A stretch of 64,000 bases of DNA from Armatimonadota bacterium (GCA_046292385.1 JBKBRF010000016.1:1-64000), one strand, 5' to 3'. Counted from the stretch's first letter, positions 38,775-49,174 are shown. Program-made: numbers and translations. Notes: generated from the letters alone by a model not told the origin.

Positions 38775-40271
38775 CTACCGGGTGACGGCAGGCTCGGGCT
38801 GGAGCTGCTCCTCGTCTGCCGCAGCCTCGGGAGCCGCCGGGAGGCGCACGCGGAAGGTGCTGCCGCGGCCCGCCTCGCTGTCGACCGAGATCTCCCCGTC
38901 GTGCGCTTCCACCGCCCACCGGGTAATGCTGAGCCCCAGGCCCGCGCCGCCCGCGGTGCGCGCGCGGCCCTCGTCCACCCGGTAGAAACGGTCGAAGATG
39001 TGCGGAAGATGCGCTTCGGGGATGCCGATCCCGGTGTCGCGCACTTCCAGGAGCGCGGTTCCGTCCTCTCGGCGCAGGCTTACGGTCACCGTGCCGCCCG
39101 CGGGCGTGTACTTGATGCCGTTGCTCACCAGGTTCACCAGCACCTGGCGGAGCCAGAGCGGGTCGCCGGAGATGGTGACGTCGTCCACCTCCTCGAACTC
39201 CACCATCACCCCCTGCCGGCGCGCCAGCGGCTCCACGTCTTCCACGGTCGCCACCGTGAGTGAGGAGAGCTCCACCGGCTCCCGGCGGATCAGCGCCTGG
39301 CCGGAGTCGGCGCGAGCGAGGAGCAGCAGGCTCTCCACCACCTCCGACATCCGCTCCGCGGAGTCGAGGATCGTCCGCAGGGAGCGCTGGTACTCCTCCG
39401 GCGAGGCAGGACGGCGCAGCGCCACTTCCGCCTCGCCGCGGATCACCGTGAGCGGGGTCTTCAGCTCGTGGGAGGCGTCGGCACTGAACTGACGCACCTG
39501 TTGAAAGCTGCGGTCGAGCCGCGCGATCATCTGGTCGAATGCGCGGGCGAGCCTGCCGATCTCGTCATCCGCGCCCGGGTGCTCGATACGGCGCCGGAGA
39601 TTGCTCCCCTGGATGTCGAGCGCGGTGCGGGTGAGGTCGTCGACCCGCCGGAGCGTGCGCCCGATCACCAGCCAGTTGCCTGCCAGCGCCAGCAGGAAGA
39701 CGAGCGGTGTCAGCAGGATCAGCACCCAGCCGGCCCGCTGGAGCGCCGCCTCCACCCCCTCCAGAGAGGTCCCCGCCTGGACCAGGAACGGGATCCGCTC
39801 GCCCATGCGCACCGGCACGGTCACGATCCGGACCGGGTGCTCGGCCAGGCCCGGGATCGTCTCGATGGTGGTCAGCCCCTGGAGCCCGCGGCGCAGGGCG
39901 TCCGGCGTCACCGGGAGCGGGTGGCTGTTGAGCCCGTCGGAGCGCTCGTAGACGTTTCCCTGCGGATCGACCACCTGCACGTACCGGCCCCACGACCGGA
40001 GCTCGTTGGTGAGGAAGAACGGCTGCCCGGCCTCGGCGGCGCGCGGGGTAAAGGGCCGGCCGGTCATGGCGGCCTGGGTCTCCAGGCGGTAGAGCCGGGT
40101 GGCGATCTGCCGCGCGCTGGCGTCTGCGTGCTCCCGGAGCGCGGCATCGGCGCGGGAGTGGAGCACGCCGATGAGGAGGACGTACGTCAAGCCGGCCAGC
40201 GCCACCAGCGTGAGCGCCATCAGGCCGGCGTGCCACGCGCAGAGCTGCGCGCGGAGCCCTCGCAGCCTCAC
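38775..40271 (-). CDS. Sensor histidine kinase, CusS/CzcS-like
   Basis: Two TM helices, HAMP (DDEIGRLA), FSADASHELKTPL, NLVSNGIKYT, DTGIG, FDRFYR, GAGLGL. Confidence 0.9.
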   Translation of the reverse strand: MRLRGLRAQLCAWHAGLMALTLVALAGLTYVLLIGVLHSRADAALREHADASARQIATRLYRLETQAAMTGRPFTPRAAEAGQPFFLTNELRSWGRYVQVVDPQGNVYERSDGLNSHPLPVTPDALRRGLQGLTTIETIPGLAEHPVRIVTVPVRMGERIPFLVQAGTSLEGVEAALQRAGWVLILLTPLVFLLALAGNWLVIGRTLRRVDDLTRTALDIQGSNLRRRIEHPGADDEIGRLARAFDQMIARLDRSFQQVRQFSADASHELKTPLTVIRGEAEVALRRPASPEEYQRSLRTILDSAERMSEVVESLLLLARADSGQALIRREPVELSSLTVATVEDVEPLARRQGVMVEFEEVDDVTISGDPLWLRQVLVNLVSNGIKYTPAGGTVTVSLRREDGTALLEVRDTGIGIPEAHLPHIFDRFYRVDEGRARTAGGAGLGLSITRWAVEAHDGEISVDSEAGRGSTFRVRLPAAPEAAADEEQLQPEPAVTR

Positions 40272-40957
40272 GCCGGCCCCTCCTTCAGCATGTAGCCGAC
40301 GCCGCGGACCGTCTGCAGCAGCTTGCGGTCCGACTTCGCGTCGACTTTCTTCCGCAGGAAGTTCATGTAAACCTCGAGCACGTTCGACGGGGTCTCGAAG
40401 TCGTACCCCCACACCTGCTCCAGCAGCTCCGCGCGCGTGAGAACCCGCTCGGGGTTGCGCATCAGGTACTCCAGCAGGGTGTACTCCTTGTTCGTCAGCT
40501 CGATCCGCTTTCCGGCGCGGGTGGCGGCGCGCGTGGCCGGGTCGACGGTCAGGTCGGCGTAGGCGAGCGCCGCCATCCGCGCCGCGGTGCTGCGCCGGAG
40601 CAGCGCCCGCAGCCGCGCCTGGAGCTCCTCGAAGGCGAACGGCTTCGGCAGGTAGTCGTCGCAGCCGGCGTCGAGCCCCTCGATCCGGTCGTCCAGCCCG
40701 CCGCGGGCGGTGAGGGCCAGCACCGGCGTGTCCTGCTTGCGCCGCCGCAGCTCCCGCACCACTTCCAGGCCGTTGATGCCCGGAAGCATGATGTCGAGCA
40801 CCACCGCGTCGTAATGACTCGCCGTCAGGTGCTCCAGCGCGTCCTCGCCGGTGTGGACGACGTCGACCTCCAGCGAGTCGGCCTGGAGCCCCCGCTGGAT
40901 CAACGACGCCACGCTCACCTCATCTTCAACTACGAGAATTCGCATCTCTTTTCTCAC
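40268..40957 (-). CDS. OmpR-family response regulator, CusR/CzcR-like
   Basis: ILVVED, LDIMLPG, DDYLPKPFAF, LTNKEY, TVRGVGY. Confidence 0.93.
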   Translation of the reverse strand: MRKEMRILVVEDEVSVASLIQRGLQADSLEVDVVHTGEDALEHLTASHYDAVVLDIMLPGINGLEVVRELRRRKQDTPVLALTARGGLDDRIEGLDAGCDDYLPKPFAFEELQARLRALLRRSTAARMAALAYADLTVDPATRAATRAGKRIELTNKEYTLLEYLMRNPERVLTRAELLEQVWGYDFETPSNVLEVYMNFLRKKVDAKSDRKLLQTVRGVGYMLKEGPA

Positions 40958-41151
40958 TCGACGCGATACTGCTCCGATGCGCCACCCTGGCGCGGCCAGG
41001 CACCCTCACCCGCGTGTGCTCCTCGCGGCGCCCGGACGCCGGGCCCTGAAGGACCCGGCTGTCTCTCTGGAAAGCACCCTGAAGGGCGCTAATCGAACCA
41101 CAGCCCCCGCACAACGTTCTCCCCGTCTCCCAGTCCCTCTGTCTCTCCGTC

Positions 41152-42831
41152 TCAGGCACCCTTGCCCTCGCGCAGCTCCAGCACCTGGTCTGCTTCCGCG
41201 GCGCCGAAGCTCTCTACCGTGCCGTTCGGCCAGCGGACCTCGATGTCATCCACCCGGACTGCACCGCCGAGGCCAAACGTGGGCCAGAGGCTGTTCTGCG
41301 AGAGGTAGCTGGAGCCGCTGCGCACCATACGGCTCTGCGTCTGCCCGCCGGCGCGGATCCGCACGGAAGCCCCAATCGCACTCCGGTTTCCCCTGCGGCC
41401 GCGCAGACGGAGCTGGAGCCAGTGCGCGGAGGGTCGCCCCGACTGCCGCAGCAGCGCCGCCCTGCCGCCGCTCGTGGTGACCAGGATGTCCAGGTCGCCG
41501 TCCCCGTCGATGTCTCCGTAGGCCGCGCCGCGGGCCACGCGCGGCACGTTCAGCGCGCCCGCGGCGGAGGTGACGTCCGCGTACCGCCCGTCGCCCTGGT
41601 TCCGGAACAGGAGCGCGGCCTGGGCATAGCTCACGCCGCTGCTGCGCACCCCGGCATCGTCCTGGATGTGACCGTTCGCGACGAAGATGTCCTGGAGTCC
41701 GTCCAGGTCGGCGTCGAAGAAGAAGGTGCCGAAGCCGAGGTACCGCTGGCTCGGCGTGCCGATGCCGGCCCGCGCTGCCACGTCCATGAAGAGCCCCCGC
41801 TCGTCCCGGCGATAGAGGCTGAGCTGCTCTCCGGCGAAGTTGGTGATCAGGATGCCGTCCTGCCCGGTGTTGGCGTAGTCCGCCACGTCGATTCCCATCC
41901 CCGCCTTGGGGGCGCCGCCTTCCGCCACCGCCATGCCGGCCTGGACCCCCACCTCTTTGAACTTGCCGTTCCCCTGGTTGTGGAAGAGGAAGTTCGGGAC
42001 CATGTCGTTGCTTACCGCCAGATCGACCCACCCGTCCCGGTCGAAGTCGCAGAGCGCCACCCCGAGCGCCTTGGTGGCCGGCGCGTTGGCGACGCCGCTC
42101 TCCACCGAGACGTCCGTGAACCGGCCGCCCTCGTTCCGGAAGAGCTGGCACGCCTCCCCCTCGAAGCGGTCCGGCCGCGCGTACGAGCGGTTCACCCCGT
42201 CCAGCGAGAAGAACGGCTCGTTCTCCCGCGACCACCGCACGTAATGACAGACGAAGAGATCCAGCTTTCCGTCGCGGTTGTAATCGAGCCAGGCGGCGCT
42301 CGTCGGAAAGCCGGGCGTCCGGAGGCCCGTACGACCCGTCACGTCCTCGAAGCGACGGCCCCCCACGTTGCGGAGCAGCCGCGACCCGCCGAGGGCGGTG
42401 ATCAGCACGTCTTCGTAGCCGTCGTCGTCGTAGTCGCCCGCCGCCACGCCCATCCCGTAGAGGCCGCCGGGCACCCCGAATGCCTGAGTCGCATCCCGGA
42501 AGCGGCCATCCCCCTCGTTCAGGTAGAGCCGCGACTGCCCCCTTGCACCCCCGTCTCCCGGCCAGGAGGTGGAATCGACCAGGAACAGGTCGAGACGGCC
42601 GTCGCGGTTCACGTCGACCAGCGCGCAGCCGGAGCCCATCGTCTCCGGCAGGTGCTTCCGGCCGGCGGCGCCGTTCGTGTGGCGGAAGCGGATGCCGGCC
42701 TGCTCCGTCACGTCGTCGAAGTGGATCACCGCGGCCGCCGGCGTGGGAGCCGGCCGCAGCGGCGCCGGGTCCTGGGCGCAGCCCGCCAGCGCGAGGACGA
42801 GCCCGAGTCCGGGGAGCGCTCGCGAGATCAT
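41152..42831 (-). CDS. CRTAC1/FG-GAP repeat + ASPIC/UnbV lipoprotein
   Basis: Lipobox LAGC, ETMGSG, repeated DxNxDGxxD calcium blades, GSSYLSQ, FGLG. Confidence 0.9.
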   Translation of the reverse strand: MISRALPGLGLVLALAGCAQDPAPLRPAPTPAAAVIHFDDVTEQAGIRFRHTNGAAGRKHLPETMGSGCALVDVNRDGRLDLFLVDSTSWPGDGGARGQSRLYLNEGDGRFRDATQAFGVPGGLYGMGVAAGDYDDDGYEDVLITALGGSRLLRNVGGRRFEDVTGRTGLRTPGFPTSAAWLDYNRDGKLDLFVCHYVRWSRENEPFFSLDGVNRSYARPDRFEGEACQLFRNEGGRFTDVSVESGVANAPATKALGVALCDFDRDGWVDLAVSNDMVPNFLFHNQGNGKFKEVGVQAGMAVAEGGAPKAGMGIDVADYANTGQDGILITNFAGEQLSLYRRDERGLFMDVAARAGIGTPSQRYLGFGTFFFDADLDGLQDIFVANGHIQDDAGVRSSGVSYAQAALLFRNQGDGRYADVTSAAGALNVPRVARGAAYGDIDGDGDLDILVTTSGGRAALLRQSGRPSAHWLQLRLRGRRGNRSAIGASVRIRAGGQTQSRMVRSGSSYLSQNSLWPTFGLGGAVRVDDIEVRWPNGTVESFGAAEADQVLELREGKGA

Positions 42832-45104
42832 CGGACCGCCTCCAGCTCCCGCACCACCAGCGCCCGGCCATGCGGCGAGGCGGTGGCGCCGCGCAGCGCG
42901 GCCGGCGCGCTGTCGTCGCGCGCCAGCAGGCGGTAGAGCGTCTCCTCCCGCCGCGCCTCCGTGAGCCGGTTCAGGCGCTGGAAGCTCAGCATCAGGTTGT
43001 AGTGCGCGGCCACATCGACCGGATCGACGTCGAGCATCGCCTCGAACTCCCGGGCCGCCTCTCCGTGGCGCAGCTCCGCCATGTGCGCCAGGCCCAGCTC
43101 GTAGCGCAGGCGCCGGTCCCGCGGGAAGCGCTGGGTGAGCGGCCGGAGCATCGCCACCGCCGCGGCAGGCTGCCCCATGCGCCGGAGGACCGCCCCCAGC
43201 CAGGCCGCCGGCCGGTGATCGCCCGGCGCCAGGTGCCGCGCCCGCTCGAACTGCCCCTGGGCGGCCAGCAGGTCCCCTTCGTCCAGGTAGACCCGCCCCA
43301 ACGCCAGCAGCGCCTCCGCATCGGAAGGCGCCTCCGCCAGCGCGTGGCTCAGCGCCTGGATCGCGTGTGGATAGGCCTGCACCGCCCCGAGGGCGGTCCC
43401 GTAAGCAGCCCATCGGAGGGGGTTGGACGGAGCCCCCGCGTGGTCGCTGACTACCCCCGCGACGGCGTGGAGCTCCCGCTCCGGCCTCTCTCCCAGCCAG
43501 CGCGCCATCTCCGGACGGCGCCTCCGCAGGAGCCGCACCTCCACCCGGCCGATCCCGCCCGCCGGCATGCGCAGCTCGTAGCGGGCGAGGTCGGTCTCCC
43601 CGGCCGGAATACGCCGCCACTCCCGCACCGCCACCATCCGGTCGAGATCCCCGTGCCGGATCGCCTTCCCGTCGCGGTCGAGCGCCACCAGCCGGTAGGC
43701 GTGGACCTCCGCCGGCAGCGGCTCGTCCGGCCGGACCACCCCGGAGCGATAGACCTCTCGCCCCTGCCGGTCCCGCACCCGCACCTCCAGCCACGCCTCG
43801 TAGAGGTCCGGCATGCCGTAGGGGAAGTCGTGCCCCACCCCGTCGTTCCGCACCACCACGTCGAGCAGGAGCGGCTCCCCGGGCCTGGCATTCACCTCGG
43901 CGCCCGCGGGGGTGGGCAGCTCTCCCGGCATGGACGGGCGCCGGAAGAAGAGATCGAGCCCAAGCGGCCGCGGACGGTCGACATGCGGCGCGGTGTCTCG
44001 GGTGGTGTGACAGCCGGTGCAGCCGACCCGCCCCTCCGGCGTTCCGGCCGCGTAGAGCGCGGCGCCGCTGAACCGGCTCTCCTGCCAGTCTCCGTACTCG
44101 TCCGGCCCCGGCATCCACCGGTAGCGGTTCTGCGGCAGGTTCCACGCCTTGCGGTGACAGCCGGCGCACAGCTCCGGCGCGGTAAGGCGAGCCCGGTTCA
44201 GGTTCCGCTCCGTGTGCGCGTGGGGCCGCAGCCGCGCCGCCAGCAAGCTGCCGCCGGCCGGGGGCCCAGGCGGAATCGTGAGCGCCGCGCTGCCGTAGAG
44301 GCCGTGGACCTCCGCCGTGTGGCAGGAGGCACAGGAGAGCCCGCCCGCCTCGCTCGGCAGCGTCGCCCGCAGCGCCTCCGGCTCGTGGCAGCCCCGGCAC
44401 CACCGGGCCGCCTCCGTCCCCTGGCGCCGGGTGAAGTCGGCCAGCGTGGCCGGGTATGCCGCCCCGGAATCCTGGGCGGAGTGGAAGACGCCCGCACAGC
44501 CCTCCGGAGCGCGGTCATGGCAGGAGCGGCAGTCCGCGGGCGGGCGCCCCGTGCGGAGCGCGGAGGGGAACGTCTCGCTCTCCGCCTGCGCGGCGGTGGT
44601 CGCCGTCAGAAACCGGTAGGTGCTCTCGCCGTCATACTCCGGCGGCGAGAAGCTGGACCGCCGCGCCTCCGCAAAGGCGTAACCCGCGGAGAGCAGCACG
44701 AAACCGGCCGCGCCGGCCGCGATCCCATGCCGGGCGCTGAAGCCGCGCGCCTGCAGGAACGCCGCGGCCGCCAGCCCCAGCAGCAGCACGCCCGCGCCGA
44801 CGTGGGTCCAGACCAGCCCCGCCCGGAGGGAGCGCTCGAGCCCCGGCATCAGCGCCAGCAGTCCCCCGGCCGCGCAGAGCGCCAGCAGCACCGCCGAGAG
44901 CGGTCCCCGTCCCGCCGACCCGCGCGCCAGCACCAGGCCCAGCGGCAGAAGAATCGCGTGCAGAGGGATGGCGAGCACGTCGCCCAGCGATTGGAGATCC
45001 CAGCGCACCTCCGGCCCCCAGGCGAGCCACGCCGCGGCGGCGCCCCCCAGGAGGAGGCTGCCGCCGGCCAGAAGAGGAAGCGAGCGCGAGTGACGGAGAG
45101 ACAT
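42828..45104 (-). CDS. Membrane-anchored multiheme cytochrome c-like protein with C-terminal TPRs
   Basis: N-terminal TMs; five CxxCH motifs (CRSCH, CRGCH, CASCH, CAGCH, CTGCH); GHDFP; TPRs. Confidence 0.8.
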   Translation of the reverse strand: MSLRHSRSLPLLAGGSLLLGGAAAAWLAWGPEVRWDLQSLGDVLAIPLHAILLPLGLVLARGSAGRGPLSAVLLALCAAGGLLALMPGLERSLRAGLVWTHVGAGVLLLGLAAAAFLQARGFSARHGIAAGAAGFVLLSAGYAFAEARRSSFSPPEYDGESTYRFLTATTAAQAESETFPSALRTGRPPADCRSCHDRAPEGCAGVFHSAQDSGAAYPATLADFTRRQGTEAARWCRGCHEPEALRATLPSEAGGLSCASCHTAEVHGLYGSAALTIPPGPPAGGSLLAARLRPHAHTERNLNRARLTAPELCAGCHRKAWNLPQNRYRWMPGPDEYGDWQESRFSGAALYAAGTPEGRVGCTGCHTTRDTAPHVDRPRPLGLDLFFRRPSMPGELPTPAGAEVNARPGEPLLLDVVVRNDGVGHDFPYGMPDLYEAWLEVRVRDRQGREVYRSGVVRPDEPLPAEVHAYRLVALDRDGKAIRHGDLDRMVAVREWRRIPAGETDLARYELRMPAGGIGRVEVRLLRRRRPEMARWLGERPERELHAVAGVVSDHAGAPSNPLRWAAYGTALGAVQAYPHAIQALSHALAEAPSDAEALLALGRVYLDEGDLLAAQGQFERARHLAPGDHRPAAWLGAVLRRMGQPAAAVAMLRPLTQRFPRDRRLRYELGLAHMAELRHGEAAREFEAMLDVDPVDVAAHYNLMLSFQRLNRLTEARREETLYRLLARDDSAPAALRGATASPHGRALVVRELEAVR

Positions 45105-45297
45105 GGTCCGATACGGTTTACGCAGGACTGGCCCCCGGCGTCCGCGAGCTTAACGAAGGCTAAGACTGCAAGCCCCGGAACGAACCGGCGGCGGTGGGCA
45201 GGACTCCCCGCGGCGGCTGCCGTATTGAGAGACCGGCGGGCGCGAGACCGCCGCGCCGGCACGACCTCGGGCCGCTGAACTCTGGAGGAACGCTGCA

Positions 45298-46746
45298 ATG
45301 TCCAGGCTCAACCGCAGACAGCTTTTTGAAGACGCGCTCTTCGCCGCCGCCGTCGCCGCCACCGCCGGCGGGGCCCGCAGCGCCGCGGCCCAGGCGCCGG
45401 TAGCCACCCGCAAGGTGGGCCCGAACGACCAGATTCGCGTGGCGGTCATTGGCGTGCGCGGGCGGGGCAAGGACCACCTGAGCGGCTTCCTGGCGATGAA
45501 CGACGTCCAGATCGCCGCCATCTGCGACTGCGACCTGAACGTGGTCGCGCCCGCGGTGAAGATGGTGACCGACAAGGGCCGCCCGGAGCCGAAGGTGGTG
45601 CAGGACCTCCGCCGGATCATGGACGACCCGACGATCGACGTCGTCTCGATCGCCACCTCCAACCACTGGCACTCCCTGGCCGGCATCTGGGCGATGCAGG
45701 CCGGCAAGGACGTCTACGTGGAGAAGCCGGTCAGCCACAACGTCCGCGAGGGGCGCGTGCTGGTCGATACGGCGCGCCGGTACCGCAAGATCTGCCAGGC
45801 CGGCACCCAGATCCGCTCGATGCAGGGCAGCCGGGACGCGATCCAGTTCCTGCACGACGGCAAGCTCGGCAAGATCCAGGTGGCCCGCGGCCTCTGCTAC
45901 AAGCCGCGCCCCAGCATCGGTAGGCTGGAGGCGGGCACGCCCCCGCCGGGGCTCGACTACGACCTGTGGGTCGGCCCCGCGCCGATGCGCCCGTTCCACC
46001 AGAACAAGTTCCACTACAACTGGCACTGGCAGTGGGACATGGGCAACGGCGATCTCGGCAACCAGGGCATCCACCAGGTCGACGTGGCCCGCTGGGGCCT
46101 CGGGAAGGACACGATGCCGGCCAGCGTGATCGGCTTCGGCGGACGCCTGGGCTACGAGGACGACGGCGAGACGCCGAACACCCACGTGGCGATCATGGAC
46201 TACGGCGACTCCCAGCTCATCTTCGAGACCCGCGGCCTCAAGACGAACGACTACCGCGGCGCGAAGGTCGGCAACGTCTTCCACTGCGATGACGGCTACG
46301 TGGTGCTCACCAGCTACACCGGCGGCGCCGCGTTCGACAGGAACGGCCAGATGGTCGCCAAGTTCCAGGGCGGCGGCGACCACTACCGCAACTTCATCGA
46401 CGCGGTCCGCAGCCGCAAGCACGAGACGCTGAACGGTGAGATCTACGAGGGCCATCTCTCCAGCGCCCTCTGCCACCTCGGCAACGTCTCCTACCTGGTC
46501 GGCGAGAAGGCGTCGTTCGATACCACCCCGCCCGGCATCAGCGGCAACGAGGAAGCGCTGGAGACGTTCGAGCGCTACAAGCAGCACCTGGGCGAGAACG
46601 GGGTCGACCTCTCCAAAGAGACCTACACCCTCGGCCGCAAGCTGACGATCGACCCGAAGAAGGAAAACTTCGGCAAAGACCGCGAGGCGAACGCGCTGCT
46701 CACGCGGGAGTACCGCAAGCCGTTCGTCGTGCCGAAGAAGGCGTAA
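45298..46746 (+). CDS. Gfo/Idh/MocA oxidoreductase, Tat-exported
   Basis: NRRQLF, IGVRGRG, ATSNHWH, GKDVYVEKP, NQGIHQVD. Confidence 0.92.
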   Translation: MSRLNRRQLFEDALFAAAVAATAGGARSAAAQAPVATRKVGPNDQIRVAVIGVRGRGKDHLSGFLAMNDVQIAAICDCDLNVVAPAVKMVTDKGRPEPKVVQDLRRIMDDPTIDVVSIATSNHWHSLAGIWAMQAGKDVYVEKPVSHNVREGRVLVDTARRYRKICQAGTQIRSMQGSRDAIQFLHDGKLGKIQVARGLCYKPRPSIGRLEAGTPPPGLDYDLWVGPAPMRPFHQNKFHYNWHWQWDMGNGDLGNQGIHQVDVARWGLGKDTMPASVIGFGGRLGYEDDGETPNTHVAIMDYGDSQLIFETRGLKTNDYRGAKVGNVFHCDDGYVVLTSYTGGAAFDRNGQMVAKFQGGGDHYRNFIDAVRSRKHETLNGEIYEGHLSSALCHLGNVSYLVGEKASFDTTPPGISGNEEALETFERYKQHLGENGVDLSKETYTLGRKLTIDPKKENFGKDREANALLTREYRKPFVVPKKA

Positions 46747-46773
46747 CGGCGGCGGTTTCCGAGGCTTAGCTGA

Positions 46774-46811
46774 CAAGAGGGGCGCCTTCCGCGATGGAGG
46801 CGCCCCTCTTG
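46774..46811. terminator. Hairpin between convergent genes (probable bidirectional terminator)
   Basis: CAAGAGGGGCGCC..GGCGCCCCTCTTG. Confidence 0.7.
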
Positions 46812-46833
46812 CGGTACGGCACGTTGAAACACG

Positions 46834-47853
46834 CTATGCCGGCTTGAACCAGCGGCGGGTCCGGTTGGCGAAGGCGACCAGCGTGAGCATCACCGGGACC
46901 TCCACCAGTACGCCGACCACCGTCGCGAGCGCGGCGCCGGAGTGGAGGCCGAAGAGGGAGATCGCTACCGCCACCGCCAGCTCGAAGAAGTTGGAGGTGC
47001 CGATCATGCAGGCGGGAGCCGCGATGCGGTGCGGCAGCCGGAGGAGCCGCGCCAGCGCATACGACAGCGCGAAGATCCCGTACGACTGGATCAGCAGCGG
47101 CACGGCGATGAGCCCGATTACGAACGGCTGGGAGACGATCGTCTCCGCCTGAAAACCGAAGAGTAGTACCACCGTCGCCAGCAGCCCGGCGATCGACAGC
47201 GGCTTGAGCCGCGAGATGAAGGTGTTGAGGGCCTCGGCGCCGCGGAGCTCCAGGTGGCGCCGCGTCAGGACGCCAGCCCCGAGCGGCAGCACCACGTAGA
47301 GCACGACGGAGAGGAGCAGCGTCTCCCATGGAACGGTGACGTTCGTCACGCCGAGCAGCATCGCGGCGATCGGCGCGAACGCGAAGACCATTATCAGGTC
47401 GTTCACGGCCACCTGGACCAGCGTATAGTTGGGATCCCCCTCCGTGAGCTGGCTCCATACGAAGACCATCGCCGTGCATGGAGCCACTCCCAGCAGGATC
47501 ATGCCGGCCACGTACTCCCGAGCCGGCCCGGGCTCCACCAATCCTGCGAAGAGGTGGTGGAAGAACAGGACGCCGAGCGCCGCCATCGTAAATGGCTTGA
47601 TCAGCCAGTTGACCACCAGCGTCAGGAACAGTCCCTTCGGCCGCCTTCCGACACCCCGTACGGCGGCGAAGTCGATCTGCAGCATCATCGGGTAGATCAT
47701 CACCCAGATGAACAGCGCGACCACTAGGTTGACATGCGCGACCTCCAGCCCCGCCACCGCCTGAAACAGGCCGGGCGCCTGCAGCCCGAGGAGCACGCCC
47801 GCGAGGATAGCGAGAGCCACCCAGAGGGTCAGGTGCCGCTCAAACAGTCCCAA
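46834..47853 (-). CDS. acr3: Acr3-family arsenite efflux transporter
   Basis: [49 protein letters not shown] start. Confidence 0.95.
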   Translation of the reverse strand: MGLFERHLTLWVALAILAGVLLGLQAPGLFQAVAGLEVAHVNLVVALFIWVMIYPMMLQIDFAAVRGVGRRPKGLFLTLVVNWLIKPFTMAALGVLFFHHLFAGLVEPGPAREYVAGMILLGVAPCTAMVFVWSQLTEGDPNYTLVQVAVNDLIMVFAFAPIAAMLLGVTNVTVPWETLLLSVVLYVVLPLGAGVLTRRHLELRGAEALNTFISRLKPLSIAGLLATVVLLFGFQAETIVSQPFVIGLIAVPLLIQSYGIFALSYALARLLRLPHRIAAPACMIGTSNFFELAVAVAISLFGLHSGAALATVVGVLVEVPVMLTLVAFANRTRRWFKPA

Positions 47854-47867
47854 GATAAAAAGCTCCG

Positions 47868-48290
47868 CTATCCCTGGACGTCGATCTGAGCGAGCTCCTG
47901 AACCAGAACCTCCACCCGCTGCCGCACCGCGTCCCGCACCGCGCGCACACCTTCCAGGGCCTGGCCATGCGGGTCCGGAAGTCCCCAGTCCTCGCTGATG
48001 TAGGTGCCCGCCGGACACACGGAGGCTTCCACACCGCACCCCATCGTGATGATGCGGCCCGCTCCCGACGCCATCTCCGGCGTCAGGAGCTTGGGAGCAT
48101 GTCCGGCCAGGCTAACGCCCACCTCTTCCAGCGCTGCGGCGGCGACGGGATTCACCCCGTCGCCTGGCGCCGTGCCGGCGGAGAGCGCCCGGACCCGCAG
48201 GCCGCGCTCGCTCGCCAGGTGGTTGAAGAATGCCTCCGCCATCTGGCTTCGGCCGGCGTTGTGCACGCAGACGAACAGCACCGGCTTCAT
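47868..48290 (-). CDS. arsC: Arsenate reductase, thioredoxin-dependent LMW-PTP type
   Basis: [25 protein letters not shown]. Confidence 0.93.
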   Translation of the reverse strand: MKPVLFVCVHNAGRSQMAEAFFNHLASERGLRVRALSAGTAPGDGVNPVAAAALEEVGVSLAGHAPKLLTPEMASGAGRIITMGCGVEASVCPAGTYISEDWGLPDPHGQALEGVRAVRDAVRQRVEVLVQELAQIDVQG

Positions 48291-48833
48291 CTATCCCTCG
48301 CAGCAGACCCGCGGCCGATCCGCGACCTGACTCTGCAGCCGCGCCGGAACGGAGTGGACCTGTGACCCGGCGGCAGCGTTCTCGTCGTGCTCCGCGAGCA
48401 TGTCGTCGGTCAGCACGTAGACCTCCCACGCGTTCCCGTCCGGATCGTGCACCCACACCTTGTCCTGCCGCGCGAAGCAGCATACCGTGTCGCCCTCGTC
48501 GTAGACCGGGAGACCGGCGGCGGCGAACCGCTCGCGGGCCGCCTGGACTTCTTCCGGGGAATCGACCTGCAGCCCCAGGTGGTTGAGCGGCGTGCGGCCC
48601 TCACCGCTGGGCGGCAGCTCGTTCAGCGCCAGCTTCAGCGCCAGGTGGTCCGGCGCGAAGTTGGCGTAGCCGGGCCGGCGCTTGTGGGGGGCCACGCCCA
48701 GGAACGCCTGGTAGAACGCGACCGAGGCCTCGAGGTCCCGGACATTCAGCGAGAGATGGATGCGGGGCGACCCGCGGCGCGGCTCCTCCGCTAACAGCAC
48801 GCGCTCGCTCCCGGGGCAGCAACTTCCTGACAT
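48291..48833 (-). CDS. ArsI/CadI-family VOC metalloenzyme
   Basis: HLSLNVRDL, KRRPGYANF, NHLGLQV, CCFARQDKVWVHDPDGNAWE. Confidence 0.9.
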   Translation of the reverse strand: MSGSCCPGSERVLLAEEPRRGSPRIHLSLNVRDLEASVAFYQAFLGVAPHKRRPGYANFAPDHLALKLALNELPPSGEGRTPLNHLGLQVDSPEEVQAARERFAAAGLPVYDEGDTVCCFARQDKVWVHDPDGNAWEVYVLTDDMLAEHDENAAAGSQVHSVPARLQSQVADRPRVCCEG

Positions 48834-49174
48834 GGTGCCGTCTCCTCATCTTCAGCGAAACTCCGGACCTGCTCCAGCACCTCCGGATTGACCGAACAGT
48901 AGATCCAGCGGCCCCGCTTCTCCATCCGGATCAGCCCGGCGAGTCGCAGCTCTTTCAGGTGATGCGAGATGGTCGACATGCTCCCGCCCACCCGGCAGCA
49001 GACTTCTCCTACCGATAGAGAGCCGGCCGGCCGAAGCTGACCCTCCTCGTCCATCTCCACGCCGCTGTCGGCTCCCGCGCAGCAGCGTAGCATCTGGAAG
49101 ATGGCGAGCCGCGTCGGATCACCCAGCGCTTTGAAGATCGAAGCGAGAGCTTCCACCGATGCTTCTACGTTCAT
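48791..49174 (-). CDS. arsR: ArsR/SmtB transcriptional regulator
   Basis: FKALGDPTRL, STISHHLKELRLAGLI, KRGRWIY; first gene of the ars operon. Confidence 0.92.
   Translation of the reverse strand: MNVEASVEALASIFKALGDPTRLAIFQMLRCCAGADSGVEMDEEGQLRPAGSLSVGEVCCRVGGSMSTISHHLKELRLAGLIRMEKRGRWIYCSVNPEVLEQVRSFAEDEETAPCQEVAAPGASACC

Noticed and set aside
42480..45278. 932-aa plus-strand ORF and similar long antisense ORFs (4581-6425, 26993-28741, 49457-51346)
   Set aside because: Shadow frames opposite well-supported genes, expected at this GC content.
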